Source of the DNA: Thalia democratica
Taxonomy: Eukaryota
Direction of reading: 5' to 3'
NCBI GenBank assembly: GCA_965202585.1
Contig: OZ241827.1
Location: 18,972,001 to 19,036,000 of the forward strand
Length of the DNA: 64,000 nucleotides
Positions 35,697 through 49,350 of the stretch are shown here, one piece after another. A model generated the notes under the pieces. It did not search any database, had not been told where the DNA came from, and saw nothing but the letters and a program-made list of their open reading frames with translations. Position 1 is the stretch's first letter. Each line of letters starts with the position of its first letter. The position numbers were made by a program, and so were the translations under genes.

Positions 35697-38600
35697 TTTG
35701 TTTACAACCTGTTTGTTTGTTTTTTGTTTGTTAAAAGTGTTTATAAATATAGTTTCAAAATCTGTTTAATCCATGTAAAAATTTAATTCAGTTGAAATTA
35801 AATGACTTGTTTGTTCTTAAAATACTAGAATAACAATTTGAAAAATGATGAAGTGTGAAAAAAAAACATGATGTAAACTTTGTATAAGACTTCTTCTTTA
35901 TATCAAATTTAAAAATTCGGCATTTTTCAAATAAAGAAGTTATTCTGATTTTTTTTTTTTTCTAAAAACTGTTAAAATATATATCTTTTTAGTCCTATAA
36001 TGTTATACAACATTTTGTTACACATATTTTTTATAAAGTTGTAGTTTATAAAATGTAGAATAAACATATTTGTATAATATGTATCAATAAATAATATATA
36101 TCAAAATATTTCTATAGCATATCTTTATATTTTGTTCGGTATATCTGTAAATTATATAGAATAAAAAACTAAATGCTTTAACTTCTTTGCACCAACTAAG
36201 TTATTTAAGTAAAAGTTTGTTTTAGTCAAATGTGGGTTAACTTTTTATATTCACTTTTAACAAATATCAAAGTATAATAAAACTATAGGTCTATAGCTTA
36301 AAACATAACTTTTACACCTGCATTAAAATATAAATTTTGAAATTACAATTTTAGAATTTATTTAAAAATTAGATTAATATATTCACCGTTCAACATTTAA
36401 AATATAAGATTCAAAATTCAACGAAGAATTTCCTTTGCAACACAAACCTCTTGAGTAAACTTTTAAATGTTCATTTACTTAATTTACTAACAATAATATT
36501 AAGAATAAGTCTATAACATCTCTTTTAAAAAATTATATTAAAATTATTCAGTTTATTTTATCATAAATATTCCGGTGTAGTGGTTTTCGAGTGTTTTTTT
36601 TTGATTTAGAAAATTTTATTAGCTTAGGTATATTTCCCTTATCCATTAATTTTATAAGATAGCAATTTTTTACTGTTGCAAAATAGTCATTACAAGAAAT
36701 TGATGAAAACGTTTTTTTAGAAGATAAGTATTAGTTTACATGCATAGCAATAAAAAAACTGAACTATGTATTGGGTATTCTGTTTTTATGTATATTTTTT
36801 ATATTCTGGAGTTTATCTAAACATGTTAAGCAATGTTATTCAGCTTAAGATAAGAAGTGAATCTCTTGAACACGATTAAGAATTACGCATAAAAAATCTT
36901 TTTGCATGACACATAAGGTTTTATCTACCGCCATGAAACGAACAGCAAACGGAAAATTAAACTTAAAATAAGTTAAGAGGAACAAGTTTATAAAGTATTT
37001 AGTGTTACGTCAGATTAGTAATTTAGTATTCTACCAAATTTCGTTTAAAGCATTTAGCATAAAAAGTTTGTTTTATTTTGACTAGATGGTCGGTATTCAC
37101 AACCTTTACGTTCGGTAGGTAACTTATTTTCCTTATTTTATTATTTTATAAAACTATCTATTTTTTCTCTTTTCAATTTTCTTTAACTTTTATTTTACTA
37201 TCGTGCAAAAAAGATTCACACTTAATAAACCTTTTCCCATTTAAATAAATAAGCTAATTACATATGTTAATAAATTAGCTTTGATTTCTTACTAATTGTT
37301 CAAAAGTTGAATGTTGAATTTACAATTGTGTAGTGTATACCTGAACAAAAAACAAAGTAAGTTTGTTGGTTTACTTCACAAAATTGTTAGATAGTTGTTA
37401 ATTTAGCCAATTGTTTAAGTTGTAAATTATTTTAATACCAGAGTGACTTGGTATTTGTATAACCATACACTTCTTAAGATCATGTTCCAAAATACAAATG
37501 AAAGTATTTGTAATTAGGTTAAGAATGTGCAATATTCTTCAAGTTTATAATTTCATTATCATAAAATAATCTGCAGGGTAGCTTTAAATTAAAATACAAA
37601 GAATTTTCCCAAGTCTATCTCCCCTTTTCTTATTTAAATCAATCTAGTTAAATCTGTAGAATATATGTTTTGTTTTACAAGTTAATAGTTATGCATTTTT
37701 TAAGTTTTATACCTTGATCAAATATTTAATTCTTGTAAATTATTTGTTTTACAAATTACCAATGTGACTGTTTAGCAGAGGATCATTAAAAATTCATTAA
37801 AAATTGAAAACATTTTTAGATATTTAGCTCACAATTTTTGTTGGAAAACTAAAAGTTTTTTTTGGTTAGTTTTTAATCTATTAAAATTATTATTTTAAAT
37901 AATTTTTAGCCCTCAGTACTTAGTTATAACTTTGAAATAAATTCCACATGTGTTTAGCTGTTTTTTATTAATAAAATAATGAAACTTTTATTGACATATT
38001 ACTATTTCTTTATTAATTTTAGAGTAGGGTTTCATAATGAGGGCAGTGAAGTATCTTAAGGGTTGAGTTTAGCTTTTAGCAGGACAACAAAAAAGGCGAA
38101 AAGTAACTAAATGACTTACTGACTAGTAAAAGATAGATAATGAAATTGGGGGATGTTTAATACTAAATTTATTTACAGGGCTACTTAATGATTATATTTT
38201 TACCTACAAGCACAATTACACTTAATTTTACTTAGCTTATTTAAAATAACATTTTTATTTTCCATTAAATTCCTAGAATACTTATTTTTTCAATGCAACA
38301 GGTATACTATAAATAAAGTTAAGATAGGTAGCTAAACTAAACTAAAAAAAAAAAGTTTATTCAATGCTGCTGTTCACCAAAATGTTTTATCATTATTACT
38401 CATTTATGTTGAGTTATATTTTCAAAAAATCAGGATAAAGTTCAAATTTAAAACTTTTATTTCAAAAAACTATATCAAAATGTTGTTTTTGTTTTTACAC
38501 ATAAGTTTTCTTATCATGAGTTAAATCAGTATTTGGAGCTCTGTCCTGATATTTTACTAATACTTTTTTATTACTAAAGCTGACAAAAAGTTTTACCTTA

Positions 38601-38909
38601 ACAGTTTTATCAATAGTTCAGTTTCTAACAAAAAACTATTATAAATCCTTGTTTTTGCTTAAGTAAGTATTAATAAGAATTACTATAGTGTGACATAAAA
38701 GTTACAGTGTTTAGTATTTTAGGAACAATAAGTTAAACTTAAAAACTAAGCAAACTTCATTTGATAAACAACAGTTGTACTTGTAAAACTAGACATTTCA
38801 GTGCTGCAGTAGACTAACATATAATAAGTTAAAAAAACTATGTATAAAAATTTTATTAATCAGTCAATATAGTTCTTTTACAATTTTTTACAGCACCTTA
38901 TAATAAATC

Positions 38910-39140
38910 ATGATCGAAGTTGTATGCATCCATCGTCTTGGCTTTAAAATCCACGTCGAAGTAAGCGAACATCACACTGTTGGCGACCTCAAGAAGATTA
39001 TTGAAGCTAAGACTACAGTCAGTCAGGACTTGATCGTTTTAAGGATGTTGGGCGTAATCTTAAAAAATCACATACAATTAGATGATTATGAAATAGACGA
39101 TGGAACAAGTCTTGATATGTTGTATTTAGGACGTAATTAG
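38910..39140 (+). CDS. UBL5-like: Divergent UBL5/Hub1-like ubiquitin-fold protein (intronless paralog)
   Basis: Gap-free by-eye alignment to human UBL5 (MIEVVC..RLG.K...TxGDLKK...IVL...DYEIxDG), about 35/73 identities. AATAAA at ~39170. Confidence 0.85.
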   Translation: MIEVVCIHRLGFKIHVEVSEHHTVGDLKKIIEAKTTVSQDLIVLRMLGVILKNHIQLDDYEIDDGTSLDMLYLGRN

Positions 39141-39499
39141 TATGAAATAGTTTATTCGCTTTGAAATTTAATAAAATAAATCTATACATTTATAAAACTA
39201 GTTATATTTATGTTTCATGTTTTTTTTTATTTAAATGTTGTTAACTAACTTTAAATAGACTATTTTGAAAAATTTATATATATTTCAGTATATTTATTTT
39301 ATAAAATTTATAAAAAATATAAAATTACGTTATAATTTTTTAACTTCAAAAACAAAAACAAAATTATTTTTTGTTAAACAAGCTCGCTTACAGAAATTTT
39401 GGTTTTCTGAAAAAATCTTGTCTGTTCATTGGCCATTATTATTCAAGTTAAGCCTGGTAATTCTCCACATAATTAATTTTGTTATTTTAAAATTTTCAT

Positions 39500-39717
39500 T
39501 TACTGTCAAATAGTTTTTAAAGTTCACTAAACTACTAATTACCTCAAACTAGTTTTAAATTTTGATAACTTTTTTTATTATACTTCAACAAAATCGCATA
39601 CAAGGTTTAAAAAATCCAAGTTTTTCCAGGTTCTTTTATAACATCTTAAAGTTCAGTTTTTTGGCAAAATTTTCAAATTTATGGTTTTCCTGGTTTTTTA
39701 GTTTTTTGGCTATCCTG
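39500..39717 (-). mobile_element. MITE family A fragment
   Basis: Minus strand starts caggatagcc, followed by aaaaccaggaaaacc...aacctggaaaaacttgg motifs as in 15878-16272. Confidence 0.4.
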
Positions 39718-40029
39718 TTGAAAAATACTTCGCTCATAATTAGTAATTTAACTTGAGAAAATTTAAAATTTTGTCTTTAAAATGCATAAGATTTATTTTT
39801 ATCAATAAAAACATTAAAATACTAAAATAATTTTATTTAAAAATGAAAATAAATATTTATTTGACACGTTTAAAATCCTGTTTCAAGGAGTTAAAAGCTG
39901 AAACAATTAAAAAGATTATCAGTATATAATTAGTCTACTGAATGAAAATTTAAATACTTGATAAACTTGGTATAAGTTTTCCTTGCTTTTTCTTCAATTA
40001 TATATGTTTAGTAAATGTATGACAAAATA

Positions 40030-40281
40030 AATAACTAATCAGGATATCTTCTTTGAAGCAATTTTTGGCTAAAATAAGTTTCAAAGTATACTAATTGTTA
40101 TTAATTTTTGAATATCTTAAAAAATGTTTAAAATTTTACAAAAAGAAAAAAAAAATGGCTTGTAGATATTTATAAGACCAACATAAATTTTTTCTTTGAA
40201 ATTTATAAACTTTCTGAGATATAATCTTTCAATTATTTTTTTAGAATTTGAGTTGTCGGAATTTGAATTGTCATGTAACCC
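40030..40281 (-). mobile_element. MITE family B, truncated copy inverted relative to 32806-33173
   Basis: The rc reads gggttacatgacaattcaaattccgacaactc...atatctacaagcca, matching the 32806 copy. Confidence 0.75.
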
Positions 40282-41863
40282 TATTAAGGAATGATGTAAT
40301 TTTAATTATCTAATGTTGACCTTTGTATAAATTCAAGATTGAATGTGCAACTAAAAAAAAAGCAATTTTTGGAAGTATACAAGGGTTATTAGTTTTTAAT
40401 TATAGTCCCTTTTATAGTAACTACAAACTTATACCTAGCTTATCTTAATATATAGGTTTTTATTCATTTCCATTAGCTAAATATGTATAATTGATAAAAA
40501 AATAGAAGTAACAACTCTAAAGTGGTACAAACTGATCCATTTTATTTTATTAACTGTATATATGTATACTAACTCTTGCATGTTTAAAAATTAACTTAGA
40601 GTATTAAAACGTCTGTAATAAACTTAGGCATATAATTATAATATTTTAAATGTGTTTCTACAGTTAAAAAAGTGATATAGTAAAACTATTAAAAGAAAGT
40701 TGGTGGAATATGTATAAACTAAACAGCTATTGTTTCAAATGTACTAGTGTAGTTAGAAGTCACACATAAATTGTAAAAAGTGTTAAAAAAAATTTTTTAC
40801 GTTGTGTTTAGACAAAACATACATTAAAACAAATTTCTTTAAAATTCTTATTTTTGTGTTAACCTTTAATTTGATAAACTTAAGACTTTATATAAGTAAA
40901 AGATATAAAAGGACATTTCCTAATTTAACAGAACTTTTTTTGCTTAGTTAAAAAATCTGTTTTTGTTTCCTAAGCTTAAGCAAAACGAAGCTGCATTTAT
41001 TTTTAGACTAACTTTTGTTTTTGTTTGGATACTTAAATCTTTTTTACTATCATTCAAATATTAAAACAACCATAAAAATTTATGCTATAAGTGTAAGAAT
41101 ATGTGTTTAACAATATTATTTTGTTTTACTCAAGAAATAGTGTTAATATATCAAGTTAACTTGTGACTTTTAGTGACTTTACAATAATAAATGTGACTTT
41201 TAGTACACAATGTATATTTTTTTAATTATCAAACAGTATAAGCATATTTTTAATTGCATTAATTGATACTTATACTTGGTAGAATCTTTTACACATTGAA
41301 AAAAATAATAGTTTTAGCTTTTAAGTGAAACTTTGTGTAAAATTTGGCCTGACGACAGCTTTTAAAACTTTACTAGTTGAACATTGTCGATTGAAAACCA
41401 ATGGCCAACATATATAAACAATGAATAACTGCTATAAAAACATTTGAAGCACATATAATACTTTTTACATATGCTAAACTGAATAGGTTATTCAACAAAA
41501 GTATGACTACATCACTAAAAAGCTATCCTTTAAATTTTAGCAAACGTTTTGAAACTATGATTTTTTATAAAAATATAAACAAATTTCAGTAGGAAAAATT
41601 ATAACTGCTTAGTAAAAAAGAATTTTACCTATGAGTTGGATGCTCATAATAATAATAACTTAACGTAACAATGTCTTTATTGCCACCAAGGCTAGGAGCC
41701 TCACTGATTATCTTTGAAATTTCCTCATGCTCGGCAACCTCGTCAGATTTCAGGTTAGCAGTAGCCTCGGAACAACTCATTTCGGTTCGAGACCGCGTGC
41801 GCGGAGGTTTTAGTGTTAATACCTTTTTTAGGGGTTTGAAAGACATATTTATATAATCTATAT

Positions 41864-44800
41864 CAGGGGTCGGCAGGCAGTTGGTGGTCGCGGGCCAAAT
41901 TTCAAGTTTACAAAGTCTTCGCGGGCCGCAGTTTTAGTTTTAGTGACATTGGAATAATATTTTGGTTTTAGTTTTAGTCACAATTAAAGAAAGGTTTTAC
42001 TTTTTTTTCACCTTATTATTTTAAATGACTTTTAGCTATACATGGAATGCCTATTTAAATTAATATTTATTATAATAGAATTTACATTGACTAATATACT
42101 TTAGTGTTAATAAACTATGTACTTTTAAAGCACTTAATAAGTTAAACTTAATACTTTTGTATTTTTACTTACAACCTAACTATCTATAAAAACCTAACTT
42201 TAAAGACAATTTATGGTTACTTTTATACATTTGTTATATTATCAACCCTTTTTTCATATTTCTAAGAATATTTACTTCAAAAGAAGTTTTTGCGTCATAA
42301 ATAATTTACACTCATTAAAAAATTTATTAATTAGTTAACTTAATAAAATTAATACCTGTTTGTATTCCAGAAAGCTAAAACAAACTCTTTAACATAATTT
42401 ATTCTCGATAAATTTTAATAAAATATCTTATTAGTAATTAGTATTTTACATGGTTGCCACTTAAAAAGCAGAAAATGTCTGAGTTGTATCAAACCAGCCA
42501 AAGTTTATTAAAAGTTTAAAAAGCTAAAAAATAGTTGTTAATCAAGCTTAAGTACCTAGTTAAAATATCATCATTATCAAAAAGTACACAAAATGTAAGA
42601 AAACAAGAAAAATTACAATTAGTAAACTACACTACAGTCATAAAAACTATTTTGAGAATTGAAAGATTTCTTTAAATTGTTTGAAATAAAAGTTTCACAC
42701 ACACCTGAGTTTTCAACTTTTAAAATAGCCTGTTTGTGTAGCAACCCAGTTAAAATAAAGTTCACAACATAAAGAAATAACGAAGGTTATTAATAGTATA
42801 TAAATTACATGCCAAAAATATATAAGTCAGCTGGAATGGAAAATTAAGATTCTTAAACAAATTTAACAAAAGTATAAAATTCTATTGAGTCATTAGCGAA
42901 GTAGAAAAACTTATTTTTTATTAAGCATTTTAGCAACTCTTTATCTGAAATAGGAATATTGCATTTAAAAATAGTAATTGTAAAATATGAGACGAGCTAC
43001 AAGAATAAAAAAACGTTAGTTAGGAGTTATTGCGAGAAACGATAAGAAAAAAAAAACACCAAAGTCAGTTCTCCAACAAAGCACATGATTATCTTCAGTA
43101 AATACAGAATGATCAGAAAAATTGTAAAGGCAAGGTATAAAGTAGCAAAACTTATTACTTAAAATGAGATGCTTTTTATAATTGAAAACTTTTCTAAATA
43201 ATTTATGTTGGCGGTAATGAAAAGCTTTTGTTTATTTCTTCAATGACAACTAGAAGTCATGTTTAGGAAATGCGTTAAGGTTATAGCCGCATAAATCAAA
43301 TTAGTACTTTAATCAATCTGTTAACATGAGACTACTTATAAAAAAAAACTATTGCTCATCTGAGAGTTTTTATTAGAGATGTTTTTACTAACTTTGACAT
43401 TTTAGTAGAGTTTCTTGGTTTAGTTTCAAAGCGATGCACAACAAATGGTGAAATTTTACAAATAAAGGTGCAATGTACCAAAACAAAGTTTTTGGAACTA
43501 CAATTCCTTCTTTTATTTTAGTATAAAGTTTAATTAAAGTTGAATAAAATGTCTTAACAAATATATCAATATTAGAAAATACTGTTAAGCTACTTTTATA
43601 TATTTTATAATAGAAAAATATTTATTTGGTAAGTTTTTTGTGTCAAATCGAAATTTTATTTCTTTACATGTAAAAATTGTTTGAAATTCCAGGTTTTTCA
43701 AAAATTCTTAAACTAAAGTTTTTTTTCAGAATTTTTAAGCATAAATTTTCAAATTCAAAACTTTTCCAAGATTCAAGTTTTTTGGCTGATTGTTTACACT
43801 TAAATGTACACAACAATATAAATATTATTTTGAATTTTATTAGCTGCAAGACTTAAAATTTAACATTCATTATAGCTCAAACTAACACTGTTGATTGAGC
43901 AAAACATACATCATAAGTTTAATCTGCACTTTTTCAAGCAAAGAAGCCAGCCTGAGTCAACAAAAACATTCCTGATAGTTTTGTATACAAAAAGCAATTA
44001 TAGCCAAAACCTTAAAAAGTGACTTAGTTGGCCTGAGATTTAAAGTCTTCAAATAGTGATAGTCTGAGTGTTTGGCAATTTTTAGTTGTTTATTTGCTTG
44101 AACTTAAACTATTTTGATTAACAATGTACAAACTTGATAAACTTACCATCCCTAAATCTAGTTTATGTTAAATAGGTAGCTTCAAAAAACAGCAGTTGTG
44201 TATATTGATATGCGAGGCATAAAAATTAACTAAGTTTGACAAAAAAAAAATGTTTGAAAAATTAAATTGTATACCTAACAAAAATATACTTCAAAAAAAA
44301 TGTGTGTGTACAATTTAGATATTACATGTACAAAAACAATGTTAGAAAATTACGCATAAACTAAACTTTAACTAACTAAAGTATTAAATAAAAAGTGGTT
44401 TAAAATATGAGCATCTTTTTAAGTTGGTGTACATAGAAATTAATTTAAAGTGCAAAGAAAACTTTTAAAGAATTAAAATGTGTCAAAACTAAAATCAAAT
44501 AAACCTTATTTTTTATTACTATGTTATGCTAAATGCTTTTACCCTAAAATGTAACACTTACAAATAAAAAATCTATAAAGGAAATTTTAAAGGAAATTTA
44601 GGTATAAAAAATATTGAAAAAGAATATCTAAGCTATAAAGAAATGACACTTTAGTTAATTACTGAGCATTACTTTTGTACAAAATGGAAAACATTTGCAT
44701 TTAGTTTGTTTAATAGATAGGTATTATATATCTAAATTACTAAATCCAAGCACTCTTTACACTCTTTTTTCAGATAATTACTTGCTGTTGTAAAAAAGAA

Positions 44801-45122
44801 GTTATTATGAAACTGAGAAAAATATCCTTTTAGAATGCTAATCTGTCTTTTTCACATTTTTAAACTAAAGCAGTAATTTCTTCTAATTATTTTTAAATAT
44901 TATAAAGAGACTTAAAACCAAATTAATCAAATTAAATCAAATTACCGAAAAAATTTAACTTGAAATATATTTTTGCTCAGCGGGCCACATTTACATACTC
45001 GCGGGCCACAAAATTTTCTTTCGCGGGCCGCACTCCATTCAAAAAATTAACATGCTCGCGGGCCGCAGATTTACCCTTCGCGGGCCGCAATTGGCCCGCG
45101 GGCCGCAGTTTGCCGACCCCTG
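41864..45122 (+). mobile_element. Non-autonomous hAT (Buster-type) element, copy 2, 3259 bp
   Basis: Perfect 12-bp TIR CAGGGGTCGGCA, perfect 8-bp TSD ATCTATAT (41856-63/45123-30, NNNTANNN), subterminal gcgggcc arrays and the same transposase relic as copy 1. Confidence 0.95.
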
Positions 45123-45174
45123 ATCTATATAATTAGGTCTAATTAATTGAGCTAATGTTGATCTATTATATACA

Positions 45175-45929
45175 TGTAAGGCAACAACAGCTTACAATAA
45201 GTCTGAACACTTAAAGTCAACAATCAAGAAGGAGAAACGTGCTCTGGATTCCTTACTTGACGTGTTACTGGTTTCCGATCGCTCAACTTCTGGCACTCGA
45301 CCTTGGCCCGTCTCGTGTACAGAGTCTTGGTGAACGTTTGCTCGGACTTCTTTCGGTTCCTTTGTAATCGGCGTGCGGCGATAAAGACACAATATTAAAT
45401 AGATATATAGCGTAAACATATATAAATATTTTGAATGAAAATATTAAATATGAGAAACAATTTTTTTGTAAAATTGTAGCTGGGGTTGACGCCACGGTCT
45501 GTGTGGGCTTATTCGACGAGATAAATACTCAAGTTTGTTTACTTTGTTGATAATAGGCTCAGTTGGCTTGATCCCACTCTGTGTGGACTTATTGTAAAAG
45601 TATATTGGCAAAGTATTATAACTGTGGACTTTGTTTCGTCGATGCCACAGAATGCGTGGGCTTCTTCGATTATGCGGCTGTTCAAGTCTTCTATGCTTAA
45701 AGGTTAGTGTTGGATGCCTTGTTTCGTAAGATGGCGGCAATCGCTTTAGGTATCTGTGGAGCAGAGTGGCGCTTGTTTCGAGGTAATTGACCTAATTCAC
45801 GCTCTGATTTGGCGTATTTATAGTTTTTTTATTCTCTTTCTGGAATTTTCGATGGACTTTGGACTTGTAGATCACGCGATCTCTCATTTTAGTTCTCTCA
45901 TTTTACCTTCGCTAACACTCGGAAACACA
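45175..45929 (-). mobile_element. LTR-like or regulatory segment of an unidentified element
   Basis: GC-richer block bounded by TGT...ACA, with a minus-strand TATAAATA at ~45815 and internal ~75-80-bp repeats. No TSD or PBS found. Confidence 0.35.
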
Positions 45930-47728
45930 TTATTTATAGTTCAATAAAGAAATCAAAACTTTGTAAAAAGTTCCCAGATTTTATGTATCCCAAAAAAAGC
46001 CTTATAAAGTTTTTTTGAATATACATATATTTTATAAATTTACTGTAAATAAAAGTACTTAACAACTAAAATTCCTTAAAATTCAATTATAACAAGTTGT
46101 AAATATTAATCATTATAATACTTTTTAATTCACTAATTCTGTATTCCTACTTAACTTCCCTTATTCCACTCAACACTCTAAAAAATAATTAATTACAAAC
46201 TATTTATATCAATAGCTTTAGAACCAAATTCTTGTCAACAAGAGTGAAACCTTGGCAATCACAAGCTATAACTTAAAAAAACTCAAACTATTAACAATCT
46301 AACTTATAATTTTAAATACGTAATAGTAATGAAATTATAAATTTAGTAATATGATTTATAAATTGTATAAAAAACATTTATGAATGTATTTTGAGGTAGT
46401 ACAAAATAAAAATACCAAATTAAGAAAACATTTTATTTTTGTTCGTGCTTATATTTATTCTATCAAACTAAAAACATATGTGAAATCCTTAAATTATGAG
46501 TAAATTATATACCTTTAATGCTATTTTAATATTTAAAGATCAATAGTTTGTTGAATACTGAACCTAAAATAAGTGAAGCAAGTGTGTATACAAACTATTT
46601 TTTAAACTTATAGTAAAAAATGTTGGACAAACAGTAGAAGTAGCAAGGAATGTCAAATACCTTATAAAGGATAAGTATATTACTAATTTTATTGTTGTAA
46701 ATGTTTTTATATGCTTAAGTTTTGAAATCACATTGTTTTTCTTTTAATTTAAATTTACAACAGCTTTTATAACCAATTTTAAGTTATAGCATAATTAAAT
46801 ATATTAAAAACTAAACTATAGTTAAAATTTCAAAATTTCTATTGTTAGTATATTTTGTATTGTGTTAAATTTTTACTAAGCATTATTTATCAAATACCAA
46901 ACACATTCACTTATTTTATTTTTTTTAGTAAATAATTGTAGTTTAATTTGTAGTCATTATCCTAGTTTTCCAATTTCACTGTCTTTTATTAATTTTACCT
47001 ATACTTGTTAAACCAGCATTTTATAAAAATTACATCATACTAATAAGTAACATATAAAAAAGTTATAAACAAAAGCTTACTTATAGTTAACGTTAATTTA
47101 TTTTAAGCCTGTCACTAAAAATATTAATTGCTTGAAAATTTCTAAAAAGAGGGTACATAACATTAAATATATTTTAGTTTTTAGACACAAAAAGTCCAAT
47201 TTTTTGTTTTTAAAACCACATTCATAACCCATATTACCCAACTTTTCAAGATCAGATTGATTACAAAATACTTTCAAATAAAAATTAAATATTAAACCTG
47301 GCAGTTCACAAACTTTACTTTTGAACTCAAAAAGTTAACATCAATTGCACGACAATTCAAGTGTAGGATACTTTAACAATCACAAAGTATAAATTTGTAA
47401 ACTTTTAATCTTTTTACCTTGTTTGATATATAACTAGTATTCATATTAGTGACCTTGTGTGTTTATATGAGTTTGATAAATTTAATTTAGACAATATAAT
47501 TTATCATTGAATTTTTGTTAGATCTCTCAAGTGACCGGATTTTTTATGGGATATGTTTAAAATAGTTTTTTTTTTACTTGTTTGTAGTTGAATTTATTTT
47601 ATCGAATTAAAATCATGAGTCAAAATCTTTTTGTTAGAAGGAAATTTTGTACCTTTAATGCTACCTTTATATTTAAAGATATATAAATTGTTGATTACTG
47701 AATCTGAAATCAGTGAAATAAGTGTGTA

Positions 47729-48757
47729 ACGAGCGTAGAGTTAATTTTATAGGCAAATTTATTAATTTTTCAAAAAACATAAAACTTTAATGTAAATTAT
47801 TTTCCTTATCTTAAAAGCTATCTAATTTTTTTTTATTTTAGAGAATGCACCTTTGTCTTTAATTTAAAAAAAATTGGTTTGGGGTTTAAATTATTTCATG
47901 GGGTCCCTCCAAAAATAAAGATTTTTTTTCATTAATATGATAATATAACCATAAATAAATATTTTTTTTTAATTTATATTTTTTTCCTTAGTTTTCATGT
48001 TATTTAACCTACTAAGTGTTTATTTTATAAATAATATTAATATCTTTTACGATTTGGCCTCCAATCAAGGTCCGGATTTGCTAAAACTTAAAAACAAAAT
48101 GTAAAAGAAAAAAATAGTTAATTAAATTATTTTAGTTTAATTAAATTTGTTGTAATCCACACTACTATTTTTTTTTTCCTTTGTCAATTTTTTATCGAGG
48201 AAATGGCCAAGGCAAATGATAGTGTAATATACATCATTTGCTTGTTTCTCCTCTTATTTCATAAGGATAAAGAAAAAAAAGAATTTATAAAAGGAAAAAA
48301 AAAATAGTAGTTAGTGTGGATTACAACAAATTTAATTAAATTAAAATAATAAAACTATTTTTTTTTTCTTTTATATTATTTTTTTAAGTTTTAGCAAATC
48401 TGGTCCTTGATTGAGGCCAAATCGTAAAAGATATCAACATTGTTTATAAAATAAACACTTAGTAGATTAAATAACATGTAAACTAAGGGAAAAAAATAAA
48501 TAAATAAATAAAAAATATTTATTTTTGGTTATATTAGCATACTTATGAAAAACAAAAATAAATTTATTTTCAATTTTTGGAGGGACCCCATGTAATAATG
48601 CAAACTCCAAACCAATTTTTTAAAATTAAAGACAAAGGTGCGTCTTTAAAAAAATAAAATTAGATAGCTTTTTAGATAAGGAAAATAATTGACTTAAAGT
48701 TTTATGTATTTTTTGAAAAATTAATAAATTTGCCTATAAAATTAACTTTATGCTCTT
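47729..48757. mobile_element. Foldback/MULE-like element, 1029 bp, ~450-bp inverted arms, 9-bp TSD AAGTGTGTA
   Basis: The arms are reverse complements around a ~110-bp spacer. TSD at 47720-28 and 48758-66. A single copy of the target occurs in the paralogous empty unit at 46580-88. Confidence 0.92.
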
Positions 48758-48866
48758 AAGTGTGTATCCAAATTATTTTTTAATAAAAGCTCATTCTAAA
48801 ACAAGTTGGACAAGTAGCAGATGTAGCAGAAAATGTTAAATATCTTATACAAGATAAATATATTGC

Positions 48867-49350
48867 ACGAGCATAAAGTTAATTTTATAAGCAAATTTAT
48901 ATATTTTTCAAAAAAAAAAACTTTAATGTCGATTATTTTCCTTATCTTAAAAGCTATCTAAAAATATTTTTTTTATTTTAGAGAACGCACCTTTGTCTTT
49001 AATTAACAAAAAATATTTGGTTTGGGGTTGGAATTATTTCATGGGGTCCCCTCAAAAATAAAGGTTTTTTTTTTGTTATTAATTCGATAATATAACCAAA
49101 AACAAATATTTTTTTTTTAATTTCTATTTTATTTTCCCTTAATTTGCATGTTGTTTAAACTCTTAAATGTTTATTTTATATTAATGTTAATATCTTTTAC
49201 GATTTGGCCCCAAATCAAAAAGATGTATTTTACATTATCATTTGCCTTGACCATTTCCTAGATAAAAAATTGATAAAAGGAAAAAACAAATTAATAAGAA
49301 TGTGAATTTTAACAAACTTAACTAAATTACTTTAGTTTAAAACTATTTAG
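48867..49350. mobile_element. Second, internally deleted copy of the foldback element
   Basis: Starts acgagcataaagttaattttata and follows the arm for ~350 bp, then jumps to the spacer in the opposite orientation (tatcatttgccttgaccatttcct). Confidence 0.8.

Noticed and set aside
5958-43849. Remaining 60-100-aa ORFs rich in F/L/I/K (e.g. 6115, 10887, 20478, 27002, 39265, 39562, 43664)
   Set aside because: Their composition is as expected for chance ORFs in AT-rich or repeat DNA, or they are antisense shadows of real ORFs.
45192-45740. Short ORFs as host genes, or the block as a confirmed solo LTR
   Set aside because: No recognisable protein motif, and no TSD or PBS supports a definite LTR call.
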